NCBI GenBank assembly: GCA_036337945.1
Contig: JAYZDF010000063.1
Span: forward strand, 26,560 to 90,559
Direction: 5' to 3'
Source: Myxococcota bacterium
GTDB taxonomy: Bacteria; Myxococcota; Kuafuiibacteriia; Kuafuiibacteriales; Kuafuiibacteriaceae
Length of the DNA stretch: 64,000 bases
Shown here: positions 9,232-18,435 of the stretch, in pieces
How positions within the stretch are numbered: the first letter of the stretch is position 1
Layout of the letters: each line of letters opens with the position of its first letter
Translations under genes and position numbers: made by a program
The notes under the pieces: generated by a model
What the model saw: the letters and a program-made list of their open reading frames with translations, nothing else
Told to the model about the DNA's origin: nothing
Database searches by the model: none

Positions 9232-9444
9232 CTATTGCTTGTTACGTTTGATGATTCGTCGGCCCAATTCAGTACCAGCCACGACGGCGCACATTGCAAG
9301 AAAGCCGGGTTCGGGTGCCGATGCTCCCCCGCCTGCGCCTGCTCCTTGACCACCACCCCCGCCGCCAGCGAGTGCAGTCAGCGATGTGAGCATAATGGGC
9401 AGAATAACCATTGATCGTATGTATAAACTTTTGAACGTATTCAT
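9232..9444 (-). CDS. mini PEP-CTERM-like protein: signal peptide, then Gly-rich low-complexity linker, then PEP motif, TM helix and basic tail
   Basis: MNTFKSLYIRSMVILPIMLTSLTALA | GGGGGGQGAGAGGGASA | PEP GFLAMCAVVAGTELG RRIIKRNKQ. The track ORF starts 8 codons upstream at a TTG; the ATG (MNTF) with a preceding GGGGA is preferred. It lies 8-10 nt downstream of the pilin stop. Confidence 0.5.
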   Translation of the reverse strand: MNTFKSLYIRSMVILPIMLTSLTALAGGGGGGQGAGAGGGASAPEPGFLAMCAVVAGTELGRRIIKRNKQ

Positions 9445-9454
9445 CGTGTTCCCC

Positions 9455-10009
9455 TTAGAATCTACCAAACGTGAGATTAACTAAGCCGCCCCAAGTATTC
9501 ACCGGGGTTGCTCCTGAGAATGAACCAGCTGGTTCAATGTTATTAGGGTCTGTCCGCCACGCAAACATGAAGACGGCGGGTGCGCCGTTTACGTCGAGGT
9601 CACTTGTTGCCTCGCATCGAACGGCTTCGTTCAAGAACGTGCAGCCGTAATGATAGTAAACTTGCCCCGCGGGCTCGAACCCGATGTCCGTAAATGTACC
9701 GCTTCCCGTTTGTGATGCATTTTGCCCGCTCGTCGGAGAGGCGAAGCGAGGCCAAACTTTCTTCATTCCAGTGATTGGTATCCCTGGCTCGATGCGAGTG
9801 TTGCAGTACGTATCAAAGCTCGCTTTGAAAGCCACTTGGCTCGTTCGAATGCCGCCCAAATTGGTTTTGGCCTCGGTAGTGCGCGCTTTTAGCGTGTATT
9901 TTAGATACAGTGGGATGGCCACGGATGCGAGGATCCCGATAATTGCTACCGTAATCATCAATTCGATGAGTGTGAATCCGGCGGTTCCTTTCTTCGGTAT
10001 TTTCATCAT
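9455..10009 (-). CDS. type IVa pilin (PilA-like major pilin)
   Basis: Prepilin leader MMKIPKKGTAG followed by FTLIELMITVAIIGILASVAIP (Gly-1, Phe+1, Glu+5). C-terminal Cys pair (YGC...VRC) forms a D-region disulfide loop. Shine-Dalgarno AAGGGG lies about 10 nt upstream of the ATG. Confidence 0.8.
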   Translation of the reverse strand: MMKIPKKGTAGFTLIELMITVAIIGILASVAIPLYLKYTLKARTTEAKTNLGGIRTSQVAFKASFDTYCNTRIEPGIPITGMKKVWPRFASPTSGQNASQTGSGTFTDIGFEPAGQVYYHYGCTFLNEAVRCEATSDLDVNGAPAVFMFAWRTDPNNIEPAGSFSGATPVNTWGGLVNLTFGRF

Positions 10010-10060
10010 TTTACTTTGCCCCTTAACTCTATCCTATAAAACCGCAAACCAGGCCTGATC

Positions 10061-10076
10061 GCAAATTGTCAGCCTT
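10061..10076 (-). promoter_or_regulatory. candidate sigma-54 (-24/-12) promoter for the pilin gene
   Basis: Minus-strand sequence AAGGCTGACAATTTGCGA has GG-N10-GC spacing with a TTGC -12 element, about 50 nt upstream of the pilin ATG. pilA genes are commonly RpoN-dependent. Confidence 0.3.
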
Positions 10077-10209
10077 ATTTTCGGTCAACAACCTCTATTC
10101 CAAGCCACAATCTATGCAGACTTCGCGCCAGTCTCATTTCCCGAAGTTATTGTGCGAATGGTGACGATTTTTGTCACATTTGTTCCAAACGTTGTCAGTT
10201 TAGCGTCCG

Positions 10210-11166
10210 CTAGAAAGTGAATGTGTAAGATGCTGTAGGTTGGCCTGCGCTAGCCATTGGGGTTGTTATTGCGGGTACTTGACTGGAGCCCCAGCCGGTA
10301 AGTTGAAACAAAACGCCGACCAGACCGATTCCAACTGCGCTTCCTAAGGTCACATAACCCGTGAGTTGTCTGGATTGTGCGCTGAGCAGAAGTTCTTCCC
10401 GTTGCATGAATTCTGTTTGGGGTGTTGCGTTGCGAGCTTGAAGGTCTAACCCGTACATGGCGAAAGATGCAGCGCTTCCCAGAGCAAGGGCTCCAGCGAG
10501 CCCCCAAAAGGTGTACGCAATGTAATTCGGCCCATCGACCATTGGTACGTTTGACTGAAGCGTTACAGCGGGATTTTGTTGGATCGGAGGGGCGCCTCCA
10601 AACCCAGAAGCTGAATTTTGATTAGGAACCGGTGGAGGCAATGAAGAACCGGCCGACACGCGATTACTTTTCGGACGCGCTTTCGCTCTGAGAGGGCCCC
10701 CGTTTTGATATGCGGGCAACGCTTCGACTTTTGCGCCAACCTTTTGCATCGATTCTGTGATTGTCTTTTCTATGAATGACAGCCCAACGGCTGTTCGTGC
10801 ACGCACTCTTTCGACCGGATTTGATGTTGCAATATCTAATAGGGTGACTTGCGTAAGAACCTTGTTCTTTCTGCGAGCGACAATGGTATGAATCGCGTGA
10901 GAAGCTTCTGTAGACTGAGAAGCCGTTGAAATACACGACATCTTGTTTTTGCATTGTGCGAGCTTAAGCAGAACAAACCGGTCCACCTTCAACTCTTTAA
11001 TAGAGCTCTTCTTTAACTGCGCGGAGATACGTTCCAATATCAGGTCACGAGCAGGCTCAAGACCTTCACCGAGGATCGGAGGTACAACAACAATTTGAGC
11101 TTTCGCGTTGTTCGAAAAAAACAACGAAAGACATGTAACTAAAATAACGAGCCAACGTATTGGCAT
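10210..11166 (-). CDS. secreted hypothetical protein with two C-terminal glycine-zipper hydrophobic helices and an aromatic C-terminus (YTFTF)
   Basis: Signal peptide LSLFFSNNAKAQ. Gly-zipper segments GLAGALALGSAAS and GSAVGIGLVGVLF. No recognisable catalytic motif. Confidence 0.5.
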   Translation of the reverse strand: MPIRWLVILVTCLSLFFSNNAKAQIVVVPPILGEGLEPARDLILERISAQLKKSSIKELKVDRFVLLKLAQCKNKMSCISTASQSTEASHAIHTIVARRKNKVLTQVTLLDIATSNPVERVRARTAVGLSFIEKTITESMQKVGAKVEALPAYQNGGPLRAKARPKSNRVSAGSSLPPPVPNQNSASGFGGAPPIQQNPAVTLQSNVPMVDGPNYIAYTFWGLAGALALGSAASFAMYGLDLQARNATPQTEFMQREELLLSAQSRQLTGYVTLGSAVGIGLVGVLFQLTGWGSSQVPAITTPMASAGQPTASYTFTF

Positions 11167-11330
11167 GGCCGAATAGTTTCACGGGTTTGGGCTTATGCTC
11201 AAGACCCGATGCCCTAACAATTGGAATCCGGCGAAGAATAATTCACATCAACTGCGACGGATGGCCTGTAAGCTTCAATATTAGTGGTTTACACCAGTGA
11301 CCTTCGTGAGTTCTCGCTCGCTACTCGAAG

Positions 11331-14300
11331 TTAGGGCTTGAGTTCAAGCAAATAGGCCGCGCCGCAAAAATTTTGGTCACGGGCGGCGTCGAGCGCTCCG
11401 ACCCCCAAATAAGTAGCGCCAGAAATTTGAGCACTGGATAGGGTGTGGCCCGGTCGTCCGCCCGGGTAATTTGTTTGTCCGATAAAACTGGCGACTGGAA
11501 ATGGATTAAGGCCGACGCCATAAATGAACTCATACATCTGAATATCGCCCGCCAAAGACGTTCCCCCGTAATCACCGTAGGGCACACCAACAGCAAGTCC
11601 GACTCGGCCTTGCCCATCGAAATTCGGAATAAATGTCACCCCATTGCCGAAGTTGCCTGACCCTGTCGAACCCGGCAGAGAGAGAACCAGCTGATTGCTT
11701 GGGTCGCTGAAACCATAAAAGGTAGCAGTGGACGCATTTTCAATTGGTTCTGGCGTCAAAGTCTGAAGGTACGAACCCAAAATAATCCATACTGCGCCAA
11801 CAACATTGCCGTTCAGTCTGTACTCGTTTCCGCCGACTGCCAGATCAGGAAGTCCGTCAGAGTCGATATCGAGACCACCGCTGAGACTTGTACCCGCTCT
11901 TGAGAATCGCGACCGTGACTCGAGCGTCAAGAGCTGAGGAGTCAGATAGTCACAGTTGATTCCGGCTCCGAAGACAATCCGTATCGTTCCTTGATTCGTG
12001 CTTCCGTTATCCTCCTCACGGCTGCCAACGACAAATTCATCGCATCCATCGCGATTAAGGTCCCCGAGTTTTCCTAGTGAATGCCCGATTCGACTATTTG
12101 GGCTGATGCCGTACATCGTTGGTTGAACATCACAAATGATTTGAGTCCGTCCATTATTGCTCGGTGCGCGTCCATGAAGGATGGTAAAGCCACCAGAATT
12201 ATTTATACCGGGTGCATCCCAATTAACGCCTGAAACAATAACATCATCAAAGCCGTCGCCGTTCACGTCTACGTCGCCGACGACAGCGTACATTTCAGAG
12301 CTACGGTGAGGTCCGTAATAAATGTAAGCCGGTTGTGACGATATATTCCCATTGGAGTCACCGCGAAATATAAATACCGCGCCTGAGTTATTCTTGCTGG
12401 GCCCGCAAGTTGTTCCGATGACATCATAGGTACTGTTGTTAAAAGACGAAGGTTGATCATCGTAGCGAGCGACGACCGCAAAGTCATTGGTCCCGTCGTT
12501 ATCAAAGTCTCCGACGCGGCTAACGCTGAAACCGAAATGGTCACCGCCCGAATGTCGTCTAAATCGGTCGAGTTCTACATCTGGTTGTGTACCAAAGCCG
12601 TTTGCTGTTCCGAAATAAAGGGCGGCACCGCCGGCGTTGATGCCTACCGAACGAATATCTCTGGCGTGAGCGCCGACCAAAAAGTCAGTAATGTTGTCAC
12701 CATTCACATCGCCAACAAAATCTACTGATATGCCGAATTGATCACCCCCTGCGGAGCCGGGGAGCCCGAGAAGTTCTAACGGTTTGCTTTCGTCTCCAGG
12801 TACGAAAAACGGTGCACCTTCGTTAATGCCGTAGACATCAGAGTATGCAGAAAGTGCAACCAGGTCATTACGCCCGTCGCGGTCTAAATCTCCAACGACG
12901 TCAAAGAACATACCAAAGCGATTTTCGGAAGTAGGCCCAACGATGACTCGCATGGGCGTTGTTGTCGCTGTATCCGGTAATATTCCATCTTCGCCTTCGA
13001 AAATGAATATTGTCCCGGCGTTGTTGCGGCCACCAGGAATTTCGTCGCTATGGTTGCCGACAATTAGGTCGTTTCTCGTGTCACCATCGTAATCTGACAC
13101 GCGCACATACCATCCAGCTTCGTCATTATTATTCGCACCGAACCAGGACAGAGTAGCTGTTTCAACGGCAGATAGATTGAGCATTGGTGTGTCAGGCAAG
13201 TCGAGTTCTTGATAAATCCTGATAGCGCCTCGATTTGTTCCACCTGCGGCGGCATTTTCAGCCCGGAACTGCGTAACGACGAGTTCGTCTGCGAGGTCTC
13301 CGTCGAGGTCTCCAGCCGCCATGAAACGAGCAAACTGGCTCGATCTTTCGGGAGCGACAGTGGCTGCATACCCGCGAACTGGAAATGGCGTCAGCCCGCC
13401 AGGTCCGCTACCATCGGCAGCTCGGCCTCGATAAATAAACAACAGTCCATCATCGGTATTGGTGGGGCCAGCGTCATAAACAAAAGTACCCGCAGCAAGG
13501 TCACAAACCGCATCTCCGTTGAAGTCACCGGCGGCTAAAGCGCGCCCAAGTTGGAGGCTTGTCCGACCCGCGAATGTTCCGTCGCCCAGCGGCATATCCC
13601 CCCAAAGTGAAACGTCCGGTGTATCAGAAAATCCATCAGATCCACCCATATGGATATAAACAGCGCCTTGGTCGTTACTTCTTGTTCGTCGTAGGCGATC
13701 TTCGGCTAAAATTGCACCGATCGCGATGTCCATGTATCCATCGGCGTTGAAGTCACAAGCTTCGACAGCGGTTCCTGCGTAGTCAAATGCGTTAGTTCCG
13801 CCGATGGCTCGAGTAGGTTCTGCACTAAAGAAAGAATTCGGTTGTCCTGAAAAAATATAGACACCACCGTTATCGCGAGCGCCAATATCAGCGCGCATGG
13901 CACCGACGATCAGGTCGAGTAAGCCGTCTCCATCCAGGTCGGCAATGGTCATAGAACGCCCAAACTGCGCGCTTCGACCGCCTTCACTGAGGACGCGAAC
14001 CGGTGTTGGATCCAATCCTGTGGCAGTCCCTTGATAAATAAGCACAGCGCCTGAGTCCGTCGCATTATAGTTTGTTTCTGCCCAAGCCACGGCGACATCG
14101 TCAAACCCGTCTTGATTGATGTCTCCGGTTCGAACGACCGCGCCTGAATTAATGTATGAGCCAGAACGAGTTGTAGAACTGGTGAGAGAAGGGACAGCGA
14201 AAGCTGAAATTTGACTCGTTTGAGATGTGTAACGGTCTGTGACAGAAAGCAGTGTGTCACCTTCTGCTAATGCTTTGATTGTACCGTTCGCGTAAGAGAA

Positions 14301-15149
14301 GTTTGTATTACTCGGTGTAATATCAAAAAATCCGCTGCCTCCATTTATTTGAACTACGTATTCTGTTTCCACGGGCATATATACAGATGAGGGAACAGGT
14401 TGGAGAACGGCATTTTCTTGTAGCTCGATCAATGCATCTGCTGCGTCGCCTGTGAGAATATCTTCAATTCTAATTCTTTCCTGGCCAGCGCTTCCATTGC
14501 CCATGTAAAGACCGCTTGCCGAAATCGTACCAGTGCTTGCACCATTCGGCCGTGGCAAAATTCTGTAACTAAATTGCCCCGAGCCATCAAAGACTTCAAA
14601 TTGAACCTGTCCGTTTGTATCGATGGTCGCATTTTGAGGACGGACCTCAATTCGCGAAAGTACATTGACGGTTGCAGTAGCCGTTCCTGTGCAACCTAGG
14701 TCGGTGACGTGAATGGTGTCCGTTGTTTGTTCGACCGTGCCGGAAAGATAGGCTCCTGTCTCAATATTGAGTACTGCTCCGGAATTATTTTCTGCGAGTT
14801 CGAAAACATGAGCTCCGGTTCCACCACTCGCTTGGAAGTTGATGAGTCCCAAAGGTGTCGCTGATTTTGCTTCCGGTTGAACGGTGAGCGCAGGAGAGCA
14901 GGGTCCGATTTTCGCGCCACTGTCCGGTTGAATTGAGCCGGTATCCGGGCGAGCGAAACCTGCATCGGGCTCTGTGGGTGCGGCATCGACGGTTGCCTCT
15001 ACATCAGGGATGACAACTGCGGATGCATCCGGCCCGAGAGGGATCGGCGGTAGATCTACGGTTTGTTCGCATCCCAGGGCTACAGAGAATGCGACCGAGG
15101 GTATCAGCCATTTGCCTTGAGGCTTAGTAAAACTAGCGATGGAGGTCAT
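11331..15149 (-). CDS. giant FG-GAP (integrin-alpha/VCBS-type) repeat lipoprotein
   Basis: Lipobox VAFSVALGC. More than 15 FG-GAP-like repeats (DINQDGFDDVAVAW, DLDGDGLLDLIVGA, DFNADGYMDIAIGA, GDFNGDAVCDLAAG, DVNGDGFDDVIVSG and others). The track start at 15242 is an upstream alternative; I prefer MTSIASF at 15149. Confidence 0.75.
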   Translation of the reverse strand: MTSIASFTKPQGKWLIPSVAFSVALGCEQTVDLPPIPLGPDASAVVIPDVEATVDAAPTEPDAGFARPDTGSIQPDSGAKIGPCSPALTVQPEAKSATPLGLINFQASGGTGAHVFELAENNSGAVLNIETGAYLSGTVEQTTDTIHVTDLGCTGTATATVNVLSRIEVRPQNATIDTNGQVQFEVFDGSGQFSYRILPRPNGASTGTISASGLYMGNGSAGQERIRIEDILTGDAADALIELQENAVLQPVPSSVYMPVETEYVVQINGGSGFFDITPSNTNFSYANGTIKALAEGDTLLSVTDRYTSQTSQISAFAVPSLTSSTTRSGSYINSGAVVRTGDINQDGFDDVAVAWAETNYNATDSGAVLIYQGTATGLDPTPVRVLSEGGRSAQFGRSMTIADLDGDGLLDLIVGAMRADIGARDNGGVYIFSGQPNSFFSAEPTRAIGGTNAFDYAGTAVEACDFNADGYMDIAIGAILAEDRLRRTRSNDQGAVYIHMGGSDGFSDTPDVSLWGDMPLGDGTFAGRTSLQLGRALAAGDFNGDAVCDLAAGTFVYDAGPTNTDDGLLFIYRGRAADGSGPGGLTPFPVRGYAATVAPERSSQFARFMAAGDLDGDLADELVVTQFRAENAAAGGTNRGAIRIYQELDLPDTPMLNLSAVETATLSWFGANNNDEAGWYVRVSDYDGDTRNDLIVGNHSDEIPGGRNNAGTIFIFEGEDGILPDTATTTPMRVIVGPTSENRFGMFFDVVGDLDRDGRNDLVALSAYSDVYGINEGAPFFVPGDESKPLELLGLPGSAGGDQFGISVDFVGDVNGDNITDFLVGAHARDIRSVGINAGGAALYFGTANGFGTQPDVELDRFRRHSGGDHFGFSVSRVGDFDNDGTNDFAVVARYDDQPSSFNNSTYDVIGTTCGPSKNNSGAVFIFRGDSNGNISSQPAYIYYGPHRSSEMYAVVGDVDVNGDGFDDVIVSGVNWDAPGINNSGGFTILHGRAPSNNGRTQIICDVQPTMYGISPNSRIGHSLGKLGDLNRDGCDEFVVGSREEDNGSTNQGTIRIVFGAGINCDYLTPQLLTLESRSRFSRAGTSLSGGLDIDSDGLPDLAVGGNEYRLNGNVVGAVWIILGSYLQTLTPEPIENASTATFYGFSDPSNQLVLSLPGSTGSGNFGNGVTFIPNFDGQGRVGLAVGVPYGDYGGTSLAGDIQMYEFIYGVGLNPFPVASFIGQTNYPGGRPGHTLSSAQISGATYLGVGALDAARDQNFCGAAYLLELKP

Positions 15150-15298
15150 AAGGTATCCCTTTGGTACCACGATTACTGGGGTGGAAGAAAATTGGGACCG
15201 TCGAACTTTTGTTGGGGTAATAGGAGTTGCTGTATATCGCACAAGATCGTCGGATAAAGGAAAAGCCGCGTTGATAAGGATTAGGAATACGCGCTATT

Positions 15299-16828
15299 TT
15301 GAAACCACTCGTGAAAAAACAGATTTTTCCATCGTTCATCGCTATATCGTTGCTCACGTTTGGTTGTATCGCCGAACCCGTCGAAATGCCTCCAACCGCT
15401 ATGCCCGCCTTAGATGGAGGCATTCGTGTCAGGCCTCCTGTTCAACCAGACCCATTTCCAGTTGACCTTCGCAGCGTTGACTTTGGAGTAAGTGACCAGA
15501 TCATTCCTCTTCTCAGCGGAGGAATTGTCACCCGAACTGGAACAGTTGTCGAATATCGCGCTAATCTCGGACAGTCTCCTGTTGTACTCAATCATGCTTT
15601 TTCAGCGTTGCTTGACGCGGAAACTTTGCCTTGGGGCTCCTTGCTCCTCTGGACTGGTTCGGAGTTTTTTATCTGGGAAGATGACCAAGTAGTCCGTTCT
15701 CCTATATCTGAGAAGATTCCCGTCACGAAAAGTGGCGAATTGCTCATCGCTCCCGGACCGAGTGGAAAGAAAGATGTTTGGATTACCACAGACAGCGCCG
15801 TATTTTTATGGAGAGAGGAACAAGCGATCCAGCTTGACTTTGGTCCTCTTGCTGCAGGGCCGAAGCATCTTCGCTTCGGGGCGCCATGGAACACCTCTGC
15901 TGCGACCTGGTTGGGGACATCAAACGGCGTGGATGCCTTGGTCGAAACCGGCACGGTGACGACGCGCTATCAAAGCTTGGTGGCGTATCCAGTAGACAAC
16001 CTGGTGATTGATTTTGAAGGGACAGTTTGGGTGCTTACATCTGGTCGTTTGTTTAGCCGAGACTGGGACAACAACTGGGTTGAACACCTTGGCTTAGGCA
16101 CGGTTTTGGCGATCGCAGGCCACCGGGACTCCAAGCAACTTTGGCTGATGACAAAAAGGATGGGGCTTTGGTCTCATCGCGGCGGTAATTTTCAGCCCGC
16201 AGAATGGTCAGACAATGGTCTTAGCTTAGATTCGCTCGACCTCGAAAAGTTAGTTTTTAGTGGTTTACGTGAGGGTCAATTGATTGTGGGTGACCACTTG
16301 AATCGTTACGTAGTGACTCCTGGTCGATTTTTAAATCTTGAGGGTCTCGAGGACGGGAGCCTTCTTACGTCAACGGTGAGTTTTGATGTAAGGGTTTCCG
16401 AGCCACAGACCGTGGATGAAATTCAGGTATTTCTGGACGGTCAGCCATTGAGTCCGGCTTCATCACCTTCGAATTTTTCAATAAGCCCTGCGGGACTGGC
16501 AGACGGCTCGCACGAGATAAGTGTAAACGTTAGTTATTTAGACGGAGCCCCTGATTCACGGTTGGTGGTTCGTTTCTCTGTGTATAGTGAAAACCCACCA
16601 ACATGGGTCAACGACATCTTTCCTATTTTTCAAAATGATTGTGAAGTTTGTCATGGGCTAAGGGGAAGTGCCCGTTTGCTAAGTACGCCTGACTTGTGGC
16701 GTAGTGATATAGATATAATTTTGGACGTTGTTCGGAAAGGCACTATGCCTCTCCCACCGAGTCCTCCGCTTTCCGAGGGAGAGATCATTCAGATCGAAGG
16801 ATGGAAAGCGGCGGGTTATTTGGAGTGA
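15299..16828 (+). CDS. lipoprotein with a novel N-terminal ~430-aa region and a C-terminal PSCyt1 (Planctomycete cytochrome C, CxxCH) domain
   Basis: Lipobox LLTFGC. C-terminus IFPIFQNDCEVCHGLRGSARLLS...GTMPLPP...LSEGEIIQIEGWKAAG matches the PSCyt1 pattern. TTG start with AGGA upstream; an alternative GTG lies 12 nt downstream. Confidence 0.65.
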   Translation: MKPLVKKQIFPSFIAISLLTFGCIAEPVEMPPTAMPALDGGIRVRPPVQPDPFPVDLRSVDFGVSDQIIPLLSGGIVTRTGTVVEYRANLGQSPVVLNHAFSALLDAETLPWGSLLLWTGSEFFIWEDDQVVRSPISEKIPVTKSGELLIAPGPSGKKDVWITTDSAVFLWREEQAIQLDFGPLAAGPKHLRFGAPWNTSAATWLGTSNGVDALVETGTVTTRYQSLVAYPVDNLVIDFEGTVWVLTSGRLFSRDWDNNWVEHLGLGTVLAIAGHRDSKQLWLMTKRMGLWSHRGGNFQPAEWSDNGLSLDSLDLEKLVFSGLREGQLIVGDHLNRYVVTPGRFLNLEGLEDGSLLTSTVSFDVRVSEPQTVDEIQVFLDGQPLSPASSPSNFSISPAGLADGSHEISVNVSYLDGAPDSRLVVRFSVYSENPPTWVNDIFPIFQNDCEVCHGLRGSARLLSTPDLWRSDIDIILDVVRKGTMPLPPSPPLSEGEIIQIEGWKAAGYLE

Positions 16829-16833
16829 AAAAA

Positions 16834-18435
16834 ATGAGAATTTTATTCGCCGCTACTTTGTTAGCCACGCTGGTCGGGTCTGCCCAAGCAAGTGTTCCTA
16901 ACGAAGCATTGATGTGCAGGCCTGACGAGCCGCGCATGGACAAATTCGCTTATCTAAGAGCGCTGAGTTTGGATATTCGTGGAGATGTACCGACCTACGA
17001 TGAGTATGCTGAACTTGCAGCGAACCACTCCGATGTCCCCGATGCATGGATAGAGAACTGGTTGAGTAGTGAAGCTTTTGTAGAGCGCGCCGTTCGTGCG
17101 CATCGCTCTTTAGTATGGAACAACCTCGATGCAGTTCGGCTTGGTAACTATCGACAGAACTTCCGCCGGATTCGAGCCAGCGACAATAGTTTCGTATACT
17201 ACCGAGACCGCCAAGCGGCGGTATACAGACATGTCAATCGCCCTCCTTGTGATGTTGACCGGCCAGTAGAGTATGATTCAGCCGGGCGAATTAGAACCTG
17301 GGCAAAAGACTTCATCCGTAATGGAGAAACATATAGCGCGCAGGTTGAAGGTTACGTCATGGTGTCTCCTTATTGGGCGCCCAACACTTCGATAAAAGTT
17401 TGCGCATTTGACGCTCAAGTTGGGGACGTCTCCGCCTCTGGTTCAGACTGCCGAACGAACGGCGGATTCGGAGATGCCGGTTGCGGTTGTGGTGAAAATC
17501 TAAAATTGTGCCGGTACGGCAGCAATGTTTATTCGGAGCGAGCATCTCTTGAGCGCGATGTCGAACTTCGCATTGCAGACGTCATTCGCAACAATCGTCC
17601 GTACACAGAGATGTTTACAAGTCGTAAAGCGTATGTAAACGGGCCTCTTGTTCACTTCTTGAAACATCATATCGGATTCACGTCGGGTACCAGCTTGGAG
17701 CCGCTTCCGTTTGACGAGGCGAACCTCCCCGATATCCCGTTTACGGACTACAATTACTACGAAATCGATTTACCCGCCGAACATGCCGGAATCTTGACGA
17801 GCCCTAGCTTTCTGCTGCGCTTCCAAACAAACCGAGCGCGTGCGAATCGATTCTTTGACGCGTTTATGTGTTCTCCGCCATCTCCTCCTTCGGGCGGGTT
17901 GCCTGCCCAGGATCCAAACGCACGCATCGAGCCTGACCTGCAGTTGAGAGACGGCTGCAAATATTGCCACGCGCTCCTAGAGCCAGCGGCTGCGCACTGG
18001 GGTCGTTGGACCGAACGTGGTTCTGGCTTTCTTAGTATGGAGCAATTTCCTCCGACTCGCGCAGATTGCGAAGAGTGCGGACGAACTGGACAAGCATGCA
18101 GTCAAGAATGCCGCTTGCACTACGTAACCCAAGCTTTCACACCGGAAGAGGACCAATACATCGGTATGCTCAATGCCTATCAGTGGATGAAACCTTCTCA
18201 CCAAAGAAACGTTGAGTTAGGTCCAAAGTTCCTAGTTCTTACTTCCATCGTTGATGCCCGTTTCCCAGACTGCACCGCGAAGCGAGCTCTGGAGTCCCTA
18301 CTAGGACGCGAGACGAATGCTGCGGAGCAAGAATGGATTAAGGACCTTTCTAAGGATTTCCTAAACTCCGGATACCGATATCGCGATCTGGTGAAAGCCA
18401 TTGTGACCAGTGATATCTACAGGAGGATTCGATAA
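16834..18435 (+). CDS. periplasmic PSCyt2/PSD1 (DUF1549/DUF1553) family protein
   Basis: Own signal peptide MRILFAATLLATLVGSAQA. DUF1549-like motif YLRALSLDIRGDVPTYDEY...AWIENWL. Downstream there is a second CxxCH (DGCKYCHALLEP). The track ORF starts at 16801, upstream of the signal peptide. Confidence 0.65.
   Translation: MRILFAATLLATLVGSAQASVPNEALMCRPDEPRMDKFAYLRALSLDIRGDVPTYDEYAELAANHSDVPDAWIENWLSSEAFVERAVRAHRSLVWNNLDAVRLGNYRQNFRRIRASDNSFVYYRDRQAAVYRHVNRPPCDVDRPVEYDSAGRIRTWAKDFIRNGETYSAQVEGYVMVSPYWAPNTSIKVCAFDAQVGDVSASGSDCRTNGGFGDAGCGCGENLKLCRYGSNVYSERASLERDVELRIADVIRNNRPYTEMFTSRKAYVNGPLVHFLKHHIGFTSGTSLEPLPFDEANLPDIPFTDYNYYEIDLPAEHAGILTSPSFLLRFQTNRARANRFFDAFMCSPPSPPSGGLPAQDPNARIEPDLQLRDGCKYCHALLEPAAAHWGRWTERGSGFLSMEQFPPTRADCEECGRTGQACSQECRLHYVTQAFTPEEDQYIGMLNAYQWMKPSHQRNVELGPKFLVLTSIVDARFPDCTAKRALESLLGRETNAAEQEWIKDLSKDFLNSGYRYRDLVKAIVTSDIYRRIR

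Noticed and set aside
9455-10009. Apparent 1-nt discrepancy between my manual indexing of the pilin stop and mini-gene start and the ORF-track coordinates
   Set aside because: Most likely my own counting slip within one sequence line. I kept the track frame of reference and treat these coordinates as accurate to about 1 nt.
9684-10058. 124-aa plus-strand ORF antisense to the pilin gene
   Set aside because: It fully overlaps a well-supported pilin CDS on the opposite strand and has no motifs; it is a shadow ORF.
11331-15149. PEP-CTERM, MYXO-CTERM or LPXTG-like tails on the giant FG-GAP protein, the 905-aa, 1089-aa, 318-aa and 505-aa secreted proteins
   Set aside because: I checked every C-terminus. 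None ends with a motif plus TM plus basic tail; only the 70-aa mini-protein does.
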